Below, piece by piece: positions 28,221 to 37,651 of a stretch of 64,000 bases of DNA. Where the stretch lies: positions 5,982-69,981 of IMG/VR virus record IMGVR_UViG_3300042893_001701. The stretch is one strand, 5' to 3'. The position numbers were made by a program, and so were the translations under genes. Numbering within the stretch: the stretch's first letter is position 1; the number at the start of each line of letters is the position of its first letter. This DNA is from a virus. The notes beneath the pieces are model-generated. The model saw nothing but the letters and a program-made list of their open reading frames with translations. It was not told the DNA's origin and did not search any database.

Positions 28221-28475
28221 ATGGACTACGAAGATTTCTTTCCCATCACAGAAGAACAACTCGTTCGTATACAACAAGATGGAATTAAAGGTATAAAAAG
28301 ATACGAAACAGAACGTCCAATGCAACGACAAGAATTAAATAATCTTAAATTAATTTACACTGTCGGTGGAATAGATGAAACTATTTACTATCGTGGCTAT
28401 GTAGATAAGTATGATATCTGGGAATCAGATGGCAACTTATATCTACGCCATCGTGTCCATGATTCAACGGACTAA
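28221..28475 (+). CDS. Hypothetical protein between AAA and VWA genes
   Basis: RBS AAAGGAGG. Confidence 0.7.
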   Translation: MDYEDFFPITEEQLVRIQQDGIKGIKRYETERPMQRQELNNLKLIYTVGGIDETIYYRGYVDKYDIWESDGNLYLRHRVHDSTD

Positions 28476-28476
28476 C

Positions 28477-30111
28477 ATGGAACAAGAAGAAATTAAAAAG
28501 CTTGATCCAATCAAGCAAGCATACGCTAATGTCTTGCAGTTTATTACAAACAATTTTTATACACAACCAGGAGAAGAAATTACTATTCAAATAGATGAAA
28601 CATCTATCGAAAATAATTTCTACAATGGTAAAAAAATTGTACTTAGTGGACAATTATTAGACGCGTTTGGTAAATTAAATCTTCCAAGATTCTTAGTATA
28701 CTACCATGAACTTGGTCATCATTTGTACAGCAAAGGCATGTTCAATCTTATTGACACATGGCAAAAGCAAACAAGTGGACCACTTGAATGGAAAACAAAT
28801 TATCATCACTTAATTAATTGGGTTGAAGATTATTATATCGAAGCCCGATTAAAACGTGAACATACTTATCTTACGGATGTTATCGATTGCATTCGTAAGA
28901 TGCCTCCTGAGTATGACATTAGTCAAATACAATACGCATTCAACTACTATTATGTACATGAAGCACCGACTCCATCGCTAGTATACCTAGATCAAATTAT
29001 TTTTAAAAAATATCTCGACAAACTATTACAGTTAAGAGACAGTAACAAAACAAGATTTGGATATGGTATTCTTACAACACTTTCTATTAAGAAAAGTAAT
29101 GAAACATTATTTGCAGAAACCATTATTGAATTTTATAACTGGTGCGTAAGCAAAAATATTTTTAGTGATGAACGCATGCTTCCACCATTACGTAATCCTA
29201 ATCAACATCTTGAACCAGGTAAAGGTCAAACACCTAAAGATTTTTTACAAAGCATACAAAATATGTTTGATGATAAAAATCATATTAAAGATACCGGACC
29301 TAAAACAAATTCAACTGATGGTACATACAGCGACCATAGTAAAAATATAGGTAAGATAAACATTAGTGGTTACAAAGAAATGTCACACATCAAACAATCA
29401 ACAGATATGTTACAAGAACATTTAGTTCAAGAAAAAACTTTAATTGATAAAGAAATGTTAGACATGTCTGTTCGTCCTGAAACACAACGTCACACACTCG
29501 ATGGATTGTTTACTCCTAACTATGTTGAGTCAATGATCATACAACCTAAAGTTAACGTTGTTAATTTCTTTAATCCTAATCGTATTGTCGACCAACGTTT
29601 GTTCCTTGAAAGAGGACACACGTATATGAACGTCGCTATCTACCGAGATATATCTGGTAGTACATCAGGACTAACTCATTATCTTATGAGTCAAGTAACT
29701 GAAAAGTTATTTGAAAATATTCCTGTAGATATTACTTACTACTTGTATGCAAGTGGTAAGGTAAGCATTGTCGAAGTTCCTTATGTTAAATGGGAAAATG
29801 ATAATGATAAACCTAAAGAGTACACAAGCAATCCTTTGTTTGAACAACTCGGAGGTGGTACTAATAGCGATGCAATTGCTGACGTCATGACACAACAACT
29901 TAGTGATAAGTGGTTGAACATCATCATCACAGATGGTGACTTAAATAGTTTAATGGGACGAGATAACATCAATGCCCTACTTAAAAACGTATTCGCTATC
30001 GCAGTACATGGCACCCTTGATAAAGGTGTTAATGGCATTGAAATCAAAGACGCAACTAAAATCAATGACATAGTTAACGCGATGCAAACGTTGAATATAT
30101 CTGGAAGTTAG
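28477..30111 (+). CDS. VWA-domain protein with N-terminal HExxH metallopeptidase-like domain
   Basis: YHELGHH and NWVEDYYIE; MIDAS DISGS, GGGTN, ITDGD; likely start MEQEEI. Confidence 0.8.
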   Translation: MEQEEIKKLDPIKQAYANVLQFITNNFYTQPGEEITIQIDETSIENNFYNGKKIVLSGQLLDAFGKLNLPRFLVYYHELGHHLYSKGMFNLIDTWQKQTSGPLEWKTNYHHLINWVEDYYIEARLKREHTYLTDVIDCIRKMPPEYDISQIQYAFNYYYVHEAPTPSLVYLDQIIFKKYLDKLLQLRDSNKTRFGYGILTTLSIKKSNETLFAETIIEFYNWCVSKNIFSDERMLPPLRNPNQHLEPGKGQTPKDFLQSIQNMFDDKNHIKDTGPKTNSTDGTYSDHSKNIGKINISGYKEMSHIKQSTDMLQEHLVQEKTLIDKEMLDMSVRPETQRHTLDGLFTPNYVESMIIQPKVNVVNFFNPNRIVDQRLFLERGHTYMNVAIYRDISGSTSGLTHYLMSQVTEKLFENIPVDITYYLYASGKVSIVEVPYVKWENDNDKPKEYTSNPLFEQLGGGTNSDAIADVMTQQLSDKWLNIIITDGDLNSLMGRDNINALLKNVFAIAVHGTLDKGVNGIEIKDATKINDIVNAMQTLNISGS

Positions 30112-30137
30112 ACTCAGAAAGGAGTATAATTATATAG

Positions 30138-31076
30138 ATGAATATTTATCAACTCGTCTTCGGTGTTGACTCTGGACAAGTCAACTGTGTCTTTCATGAT
30201 GATACCAAACCTAGTGCTGGTATAAGTCATGAAGGGCAATACAATTGTCTAACATGTAACGCTAAAGCGCACAATGAAATTGGATTTATATCCAAGTACT
30301 TTAGTGTCAGTCAAAGATATGCAGCTACAATACAAGCAGCTTTAATTAAAGCAGAAGAGTATAAGTATAACAAGAATCCCATTAGTGAAGAACAAAACAA
30401 CTACCTTAAAGGCATAGGCTTAAGCGATGCAATCATAAAAGATAATTTCTTTATGGCATCCACAGGTAAGTTAATGTACGAACACAAATGGAATGGTGTT
30501 AGAATAGGTACAACTTGGTTTAACAATCCAGGTTTATCTAATCACAATGCTACTGCTGCTAAGTACAAGTATGGTCCAGGAGTATTCGCAGGAATGCTTA
30601 CACCATATGATGTAGTTCAAGCCAACACAACTTTAATTATTTGTGAAGGCGAAAAAGATATGCTGACTGCGCGATCCCAAGGTATCACCAATGCAGTCGC
30701 TAAACTAGGTGGTGCCAAGTCTTATATCATCGGAGGTAAAAATTTAGAAAACAAAAACGTTGTCTTAATTTATGACTGCGATGAAGCAGGTAGAGCTGGT
30801 GCAAAACAAGATGCGCAAATTCTTACGGAACGTTTTAAATGCAAAGTTAAAGTTATTGATCTAGGTTTAGGCGATGCCGAAGACCTCAATGACTTCTTTG
30901 TTAAACATAAAAAGACACCGCAAGATTTGTATAATCTGTTTAAGACCACACCTATTTACATAGCCGAGGTAGAAACGGCACAATCTAAATTACAAAAGCT
31001 TGTATCTAAACTCACACCTGATGAGATAGATCAACTCGTAGTTATACTGAAAGAAAAACAAGGAGAAAAACAATGA
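30138..31076 (+). CDS. DNA primase (Zn finger plus Toprim)
   Basis: CVFHDD...CLTC; ICEGEKD; YDCDEAG; DLNDF. Confidence 0.85.
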   Translation: MNIYQLVFGVDSGQVNCVFHDDTKPSAGISHEGQYNCLTCNAKAHNEIGFISKYFSVSQRYAATIQAALIKAEEYKYNKNPISEEQNNYLKGIGLSDAIIKDNFFMASTGKLMYEHKWNGVRIGTTWFNNPGLSNHNATAAKYKYGPGVFAGMLTPYDVVQANTTLIICEGEKDMLTARSQGITNAVAKLGGAKSYIIGGKNLENKNVVLIYDCDEAGRAGAKQDAQILTERFKCKVKVIDLGLGDAEDLNDFFVKHKKTPQDLYNLFKTTPIYIAEVETAQSKLQKLVSKLTPDEIDQLVVILKEKQGEKQ

Positions 31077-31525
31077 ACAAACCTTCATTAAAAGACATTC
31101 TTATTAAGGATGCAAACACAGCCAAGACTCAAGGAGGTATCGTTAACGAAGTGTTACCACCAGGAACTTACTTAGCTAAGGTCTTAGGTTTCACCGAAGA
31201 AGAAGCATACCAATTTGTTTCAGTTGAAATCAACAAGAAGAAATTTAATTTCTTTTACAACTATTACTTACGTAATACAACTGACTTAGACGCAAGCTTA
31301 ATCAACTGGATTAAAGCATTAGCTACTATCCCTGTTAAAGAAACAACTTCATTATTAGAAATTGCTAACAGTGCTATTGGTTCTACATTCAAAGTTACGA
31401 TCTATAACTACGTCTCTAAGACTGGTAAGAACGCTGGTAAAACTCAACACGCTATCTCATTCAAAGATAAGCCAGTGTTAGAAACAACCACGATCGAAAC
31501 AGAACAAGTCGAACTACCATTCTAA
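31073..31525 (+). CDS. Putative ssDNA-binding protein
   Basis: LPPGTY near the N-terminus; acidic tail ending ELPF; lies in the replication module. Confidence 0.6.
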   Translation: MNKPSLKDILIKDANTAKTQGGIVNEVLPPGTYLAKVLGFTEEEAYQFVSVEINKKKFNFFYNYYLRNTTDLDASLINWIKALATIPVKETTSLLEIANSAIGSTFKVTIYNYVSKTGKNAGKTQHAISFKDKPVLETTTIETEQVELPF

Positions 31526-31580
31526 TCAAACACCTGGCAGTGTATAGGTTAACTGCCACTTCTAAAGAAAGGGAAGCTAT

Positions 31581-32903
31581 ATGAAACACGCCTATCTGTT
31601 ATACACAGGTTACGGTAAAACTAAAATGTGTTTAGATAAAATTATGGCTGCTCCTACCAAACCAAGAACGTTACTTATTAGTACTAAAAACGTCATTGAA
31701 TCCTCATGGATAGGTGAAATAGATAAGTGGTATAAAGATAAAATTAGTTATGGTTACATAACCGGTAAGATTAAAGAAGAAGATAGAATCAATATTGCTA
31801 CACAGCAATTCGATATCTTCGGAATGAATACCGAAATGATCGACTGGTACATCAGTCATACCACAAACGTTAAACGTAAAACCTATAACAAACATGGTGT
31901 TAAACTACACTATGACGAACAAGATCTATTAGATCGATTCGACTTGCTTATCATTGATGAAGTAAGTTTGTTTAAGAACTACCGTTCACAACGCTTTAAA
32001 CTTATTAAGAAGTGGGCACATCAAATCAAAAACGTTATGATTTTGTCAGCCACACCAACACCTAAAAACATCGAAGATATATGGGCACCTATATTTTTAC
32101 TAGACGGTGGACAAAGATTGGGTCGTACCATCACTGAGTTCAGAACAAACTATGCTATACCTGTACCATTAATGAATGGGCAGAATCGTTATCAATATTC
32201 TATTGAAGCAACGAATCATATTCTTAATCTTATTAAGGATGTTTCAACTAGCATACCTGAACCAGCACAAGCGTTGTTCCCCGAACCAATTATCAAAAAG
32301 ATTATTATTAAACCAGATCCTACGACTGAACAATTGCTTAAACAATTTAAGCAAGACTTTATAGTTAAGTTAAGTAATGGATCTAATCTTATTGCCTTTA
32401 GTAAAACACAATTGATTAATAAAATTAATCAGATCGCAAGTGGTAATGTTTACAATCAAAATCAAACAGTCCATCTTAACGATATTAAAATACGTGTATT
32501 ACAACAACGTATTGCCACCATTCAAACACCAATCCTCGTAGCTTATACGTATGTGTTCGATAAAGAACAACTACTTAAACTACCTGGTGCAAGGATACTA
32601 TCCAGTAAAGAAGACTTTGAAGACTGGAATGCCAACAAAATTAAACTAGGTATCCTTAGTCCATTCAGTGCAGCACACGGTCTCAATTTACAATACAGTG
32701 ATTGCCAAGATATCTTTTGGTTTAGCCCAATATGGGATACTGAAAAGTGGATACAAACCAATGCTCGCATTTGTCGACGTGGACAAACAAGACAAGTCAC
32801 AGTCAATGTCTTACTGCTTAAAGAAAGCTATGACGATTACGCATTCGATTTATGCCAAGAAAAATTTAAAGCACAATATAGTAATTTAGTAAAACTAAAA
32901 TAA
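31581..32903 (+). CDS. SNF2-like SF2 helicase
   Basis: TGYGKT, IIDEVS, LSATP, AHGLNLQ, QTNARICRRGQ. Confidence 0.85.
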   Translation: MKHAYLLYTGYGKTKMCLDKIMAAPTKPRTLLISTKNVIESSWIGEIDKWYKDKISYGYITGKIKEEDRINIATQQFDIFGMNTEMIDWYISHTTNVKRKTYNKHGVKLHYDEQDLLDRFDLLIIDEVSLFKNYRSQRFKLIKKWAHQIKNVMILSATPTPKNIEDIWAPIFLLDGGQRLGRTITEFRTNYAIPVPLMNGQNRYQYSIEATNHILNLIKDVSTSIPEPAQALFPEPIIKKIIIKPDPTTEQLLKQFKQDFIVKLSNGSNLIAFSKTQLINKINQIASGNVYNQNQTVHLNDIKIRVLQQRIATIQTPILVAYTYVFDKEQLLKLPGARILSSKEDFEDWNANKIKLGILSPFSAAHGLNLQYSDCQDIFWFSPIWDTEKWIQTNARICRRGQTRQVTVNVLLLKESYDDYAFDLCQEKFKAQYSNLVKLK

Positions 32904-32916
32904 AGGAGAGACTTGT

Positions 32917-34902
32917 ATGATTAAATATTTAGTATATGATACTGAGACTACAGGTCTCAATATTATTTCAGACAAACCGTTTATGTTTCAATATGGATTA
33001 GTCGATCACAACCTGCAGCTTGTATCAAGCGATTGGTTTCACGTGAAAGATAAAGCCAAGATGGATGTGTTTAAACAACACTTACTATCTCTCAATACAA
33101 TCGTCGGTCATAACATTAAGTTTGACGTACACATGGCAATCAATGCAGGCTTCGATAAAGAAATCTTTATGAATAAAAACTTTATTGATACGTCTGTATT
33201 AGCACGACTTGTCGTAGACCATGATACACAAACGGATAAAACATTTTCTGCCGGTCTTAAAACACTTGGTGTCAGATACTTAGGTATCGATTCCAACACA
33301 GAAGAACGTGCATTGAAGATGGAACTAAGCCGACTAGTATCAGAACACAAAGAAAAGATGAAAGCTTACTTTGTAGCACAAAGTGTATGGGATAGCAAGC
33401 TAACACAAACAAATCAAACCAAGTTAATTAATGACATTTATCTTAACTGGAATAAAGTGTTTCACTTATACCCACAATATACACAACACCGTAAAGCATT
33501 CCTACAATCTAATCCTGAACCTACCTATGAACAATGTTCTAACGTTGTTACGTATGGTATGACAGATATTAAATTGACCCATGGTTTACTTAAACTATGG
33601 TTTCCAAAAGCAGTACAACTACAACAAGTTGATACGCTTAAACGAATTAGTAATGCTACCTATCCATTAGTCATTATGGAACGTCAAGGTCTAGCCGTTG
33701 ATGTCCAACAAGTTCTTAAAGATAGAGCAAAAATTGTCGACGAACTTAGTAAGACAACCATTGTTGATCCAAGAACCAATACAACATTGTCAATTGGTCA
33801 ACATGCAAAGCTTAAAGAACTATACGAATTTGAATCAGGTGAACAGCTAGAAAGTTCGGATAAAGAAACACGTGCTGAAATTGAAAGTATATCTCCAGCA
33901 GCTAAGGCAGCAAATTATATTGCTAAATTAGATAAGTATTTGAATACTTATGTACGATCTATACTCGATAAACTAACACTCGTTGGTAAAGAGTACCGTG
34001 TATTTACCCAGTATAACTTAGCAGGTACCATTACAGGACGCTTGTCGTCTGACTTTCAACAGTTCCCAAAGGATGCAATTACATTAGCCGATGGAACTGA
34101 AATCAATATACGGAGCTGGTTCGTTGTACCTAAGCAAGATAAGTACATGTTCTACTTTGACTATAGTCAAATGGAACTACGCCTTCAATGCGAATGGACT
34201 AACATTGTTAACGGTCACCCAGACATTAACATGGTGCGAGCATTCTCACCATACAAATGTATAGAAAAAGACGGTAAGTATTTTTTAGAAGAAGATCCAA
34301 CTAAAGAGTGGAAAGCTACCGATCTCCACGCACTAACCGCTAAGAACGCTTTTCCAAACATAGACGAAACACACCCAGATTGGAAACAATATAGAAACCT
34401 TGGTAAACGTACCAACTTTGCAGTTAACTATGGTGCAGCCGCACCTAAAATACAACAAGCTTTAAAGGTAGATTTTCCTACTGCACAAGCTTTAGTACAA
34501 GGTTACCGTAAAGCATTTGCAGGTGTCGTCGCATTTGGTAAGTGGATTAGCAATCGAGTTTATGTCACAGACAATATACCTAACCTATTACTACGTAGAT
34601 ATTACTCACGTAATAAACATCAGTTACAAAACTGGTTAGTACAAGGTAGTGGTGCTGACATTCTATTACTAAAGCTTAGAGAAATATTTGAGTATATTAA
34701 AACTAAACCACACTGGAAGTTCATGATCACCGTTCACGATGAATTGGGATTCGTATGCTCAGACATACCACAAGAACAACTTAAGCGTGAAGTAAAAGAT
34801 ATACAAAAGCTAATGACACATAGCATGTCTGCTGTTGATATCATTAGTGATGTAGAATATACAACGACCAAGTGGTCAGAAAAGGACGAATGGACAGAAT
34901 GA
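32917..34902 (+). CDS. polA: DNA polymerase family A with 3'-5' exonuclease
   Basis: YDTETTG, GHNIKFD; TGRLSS; motif A DYSQMELR; motif B KRTNFAVNYG; motif C VHDE. Confidence 0.92.
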   Translation: MIKYLVYDTETTGLNIISDKPFMFQYGLVDHNLQLVSSDWFHVKDKAKMDVFKQHLLSLNTIVGHNIKFDVHMAINAGFDKEIFMNKNFIDTSVLARLVVDHDTQTDKTFSAGLKTLGVRYLGIDSNTEERALKMELSRLVSEHKEKMKAYFVAQSVWDSKLTQTNQTKLINDIYLNWNKVFHLYPQYTQHRKAFLQSNPEPTYEQCSNVVTYGMTDIKLTHGLLKLWFPKAVQLQQVDTLKRISNATYPLVIMERQGLAVDVQQVLKDRAKIVDELSKTTIVDPRTNTTLSIGQHAKLKELYEFESGEQLESSDKETRAEIESISPAAKAANYIAKLDKYLNTYVRSILDKLTLVGKEYRVFTQYNLAGTITGRLSSDFQQFPKDAITLADGTEINIRSWFVVPKQDKYMFYFDYSQMELRLQCEWTNIVNGHPDINMVRAFSPYKCIEKDGKYFLEEDPTKEWKATDLHALTAKNAFPNIDETHPDWKQYRNLGKRTNFAVNYGAAAPKIQQALKVDFPTAQALVQGYRKAFAGVVAFGKWISNRVYVTDNIPNLLLRRYYSRNKHQLQNWLVQGSGADILLLKLREIFEYIKTKPHWKFMITVHDELGFVCSDIPQEQLKREVKDIQKLMTHSMSAVDIISDVEYTTTKWSEKDEWTE

Positions 34903-35810
34903 AATTCGACGAACAGAAACATGAGTACGAACGTAATGGTATCGTTTATACTAGCGTCACCCAACTCTTAAAAAAGTATGGGTTGTCTGCTAACTATGAC
35001 GGTATCCCACAAGACGTACTAACTAAAGCGGCTAATAAAGGTAAGAACATTCATAAGAATTTAGAACTTTATATTAATGGCGACAAGTCTATGCTAGGTA
35101 CAGTCAATGAAGTAGATATGTTTGATAACTACGTTAAGACAAGAGGCATTGATTTAGCAATGACTAAGTCTGAACAAATGGTTTATGATGACAACTATAA
35201 AATTGCAGGTACCGTAGACATTCAATACGCAGATGGGTCAGACAGCATTGTTGCTGACTTTAAAACTACATCTAGTTTACACGTTGATGCAGTTGCTTGG
35301 CAGTTAAGTATTTATAATTACCTTTTATCTAAAGGTGATGTGATGACTTATTACTTTAATAAACTTAAAGTATTTCATTACACAGGTACTAAGCTGTATG
35401 TCAAAGATGTTTATCTTGTAGACTTTGATGCGGTTAAACAATTACTAGATGCTAACCTACGTGGTGATGCAACATTTAACTATGTCAAATCAACCAACGT
35501 TGTAGCAGGATCAGATGAACAACTCATCGGTCAAATACTTAGTGAACTTAATTCACATAAAGAAGTTGTTGATAGACTTCAAAGTGAACTTGATGTGTTG
35601 TTAACTAAAGTAAAAGAAAAGATGGTTCTTAATAAAGACTATCAATTTAGTAATGATAATTACATGATTAACTATGTACATCCACAAACAAGATTATCTT
35701 TAGATCAAACTAAAGTGAAGACTTACCTTGAAAGTAAAGGTGAAAAAGTAGAAGACTACATGAAGACTACCACTACTAAAGATGGTGTTAAAGCTGTAGT
35801 CAAACGTTAA
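34899..35810 (+). CDS. PD-(D/E)XK (Cas4/YqaJ-like) exonuclease
   Basis: SVTQLL, AGTVD...DFKT, WQLSIY; likely start MKFDEQ. Confidence 0.8.
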   Translation: MKFDEQKHEYERNGIVYTSVTQLLKKYGLSANYDGIPQDVLTKAANKGKNIHKNLELYINGDKSMLGTVNEVDMFDNYVKTRGIDLAMTKSEQMVYDDNYKIAGTVDIQYADGSDSIVADFKTTSSLHVDAVAWQLSIYNYLLSKGDVMTYYFNKLKVFHYTGTKLYVKDVYLVDFDAVKQLLDANLRGDATFNYVKSTNVVAGSDEQLIGQILSELNSHKEVVDRLQSELDVLLTKVKEKMVLNKDYQFSNDNYMINYVHPQTRLSLDQTKVKTYLESKGEKVEDYMKTTTTKDGVKAVVKR

Positions 35811-35867
35811 ATCAAATTGGGAGGGCTAACTACCCTCCCTTGATTATAGGCATAAGGAGGAAAACAC

Positions 35868-36779
35868 ATGCCAATAGTATTACAAGCAGCCGTTAAGACG
35901 CTTAAGCCATTGAAGGTACTGTCCTATGGACCTACCTATAGTGGCAAAACGCTTAGCTCATTGTACCTTGCAGTCGGTCTTGTTATGAAGATCCGTAAGT
36001 GTACTGAAGCAGATGCGTACAAACACATAGTCATGATCGACACAGAGTTCGGTCGTGGCGCACTCTACAATAAGATCGGATTATATAACTATATCCGTAT
36101 CGATCCACCGTACTATACCGAAAAACTAGTTGATATCATCCATGAACTTAATGGTATGGAACAAGTCGACGTGATTATCACCGACTCACTTACCCATTTC
36201 TGGGTTAAAGAAGGTGGTATCCTAGACCAAAAAGCAGCTAAAGATAAGCTAGGTGGTAACTCATATACCAACTGGCAAGACTTTACTACCAAGTTTAACA
36301 AGATGATTGACACCATTTTAGCATCACCTAAGCATATCTTTTCCACAGCTCGTGCGAAAACAGATACTGCATTAGTCACAGGTGACAATGGTAAAGCAAC
36401 CCCAAGATCTTATGGTCTCAAGCCTGAGCTACGTGATAACGTTGAGTATGACTTTGATATTGTTTTCAATATTGATAAGTTATCCCACAACTTAATTGTA
36501 GACAAAGGTGTCCCTGGTCTTAAGCCAGTCTATGATATCGCTACTGTTAAAGTAGGTCAAGAAATCTATGACTTGTTTAGTGCTGATGCAGTGGTACCTG
36601 TACGCACTAAAGATGACGTTGCGAATAGCATCCGTAAAGTTGCTAAAGATAACGGCATGATTCCATTTGTTCAACTAGAATTACGTGGACGTAAGATTGA
36701 AGAACTTACTGAAACAGAACTAAAGACAATGGAAACCATGTTGCTTAACAACCTAAAGAAATCGCAAATCAAAAACTAA
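35868..36779 (+). CDS. AAA_24 / Sak4-like ATPase
   Basis: GPTYSGKT, IDTE, ITDSLTHFW, EYDFD. Confidence 0.8.
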   Translation: MPIVLQAAVKTLKPLKVLSYGPTYSGKTLSSLYLAVGLVMKIRKCTEADAYKHIVMIDTEFGRGALYNKIGLYNYIRIDPPYYTEKLVDIIHELNGMEQVDVIITDSLTHFWVKEGGILDQKAAKDKLGGNSYTNWQDFTTKFNKMIDTILASPKHIFSTARAKTDTALVTGDNGKATPRSYGLKPELRDNVEYDFDIVFNIDKLSHNLIVDKGVPGLKPVYDIATVKVGQEIYDLFSADAVVPVRTKDDVANSIRKVAKDNGMIPFVQLELRGRKIEELTETELKTMETMLLNNLKKSQIKN

Positions 36780-36793
36780 TTGTACACAGCGCT

Positions 36794-36820
36794 AGCATAC
36801 CGCATATAGTATGCTTTTTT
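36794..36820 (+). terminator. Intrinsic terminator
   Basis: AGCATAC/GTATGCT stem followed by a T-run. Confidence 0.65.
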
Positions 36821-36852
36821 ATTTAGCTACGTTAATTTAGCGAAGGAGATAA

Positions 36853-37116
36853 ATGAATGTAAAAGAATTTATAGATAAGTTGTATTTTGATGCTAGTAAA
36901 CCCATTGTATTTATTATTAATAATATGTCTTATAGTTATTTTGAAGTTGTTTCTGATCCTATTCTATTAAATAAACCAATAAATAAAATAGAAATAGAAG
37001 GAAACTTATATGAACTTAATGAAAAAGACATCATTAAATTAAACGGAAATAATATAGATGATATATTAATACCTGATAATGCCCATTACTATTTGATAAA
37101 AATAAAGATTAAATGA
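36853..37116 (+). CDS. Hypothetical protein
   Basis: RBS AAGGAG. Confidence 0.65.
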   Translation: MNVKEFIDKLYFDASKPIVFIINNMSYSYFEVVSDPILLNKPINKIEIEGNLYELNEKDIIKLNGNNIDDILIPDNAHYYLIKIKIK

Positions 37117-37133
37117 AATAAAAGGAGATACAT

Positions 37134-37409
37134 ATGTATTCATACACATTTAATGGACAAGTTTATTCTGCTAAAACATTGCCTGAATTACAAGTAATTT
37201 TAGAAGGACAAGGATTTAAAGGAGATGTTATTAAAATCTTTAATGACTTTGCTTTAGAAGCTTTACAAAAAGAAGAACAATTAAGTAATGAAAACCTTAA
37301 CCAAGATTCAGAATTACCTAATGAAAAACCTGACCCATCATCAGATGAATTGTTAGAAGAAGAATTAGCATTAGATTATATGAGCGATGGTTTAGATCAA
37401 CTAAACTAA
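37134..37409 (+). CDS. Acidic hypothetical protein
   Basis: RBS AAAGGAG; D/E-rich C-terminus. Confidence 0.65.
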   Translation: MYSYTFNGQVYSAKTLPELQVILEGQGFKGDVIKIFNDFALEALQKEEQLSNENLNQDSELPNEKPDPSSDELLEEELALDYMSDGLDQLN

Positions 37410-37456
37410 TATTAAGACTAGCCCACTTTACGGGCTTTCTAACTAAACTTTTTATT

Positions 37457-37535
37457 GGGGTAGTCGGGTAAGACAATCTATAAACCTTATGGGCTAAAGA
37501 TTGTAACGTGGGTTCAACTCCCACCTACTCCACCA
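37457..37535 (+). ncRNA. Non-canonical tRNA-like RNA resembling the tmRNA tRNA-like domain
   Basis: Acceptor GGGGTAG/CTACTCC with G3:U70, discriminator A, encoded CCA, T-arm GTGGG-TTCAACT-CCCAC; no good D stem or anticodon arm. Confidence 0.7.
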
Positions 37536-37614
37536 AAAAGTTTAGTTAGGTTAACTCGTGTTGTACCAACAAGTTAATACATCTCCCTCCCTTTCTAAAC
37601 GGTACTAAATAATG

Positions 37615-37650
37615 CCAGGAATATAAGCTGATTACTTATATCCTGGTTTA
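37615..37650. terminator. Probable bidirectional terminator between converging arms
   Basis: CCAGGA(A)TATAAG...CTTATATCCTGG hairpin next to the giant-gene stop. Confidence 0.55.
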
Positions 37651-37651
37651 T

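Noticed and set aside
34899-35810. Cas4-like nuclease as a sign of a CRISPR system
   Set aside because: No Fe-S cysteine cluster, cas genes or array; it fits an ordinary phage recombination nuclease.
37457-37535. Canonical tRNA reading with anticodon in CTAAAGA
   Set aside because: It needs an oversized D-loop and a mostly G:U or mismatched anticodon stem; the perfect ACAATCT/AGATTGT helix is more plausible.
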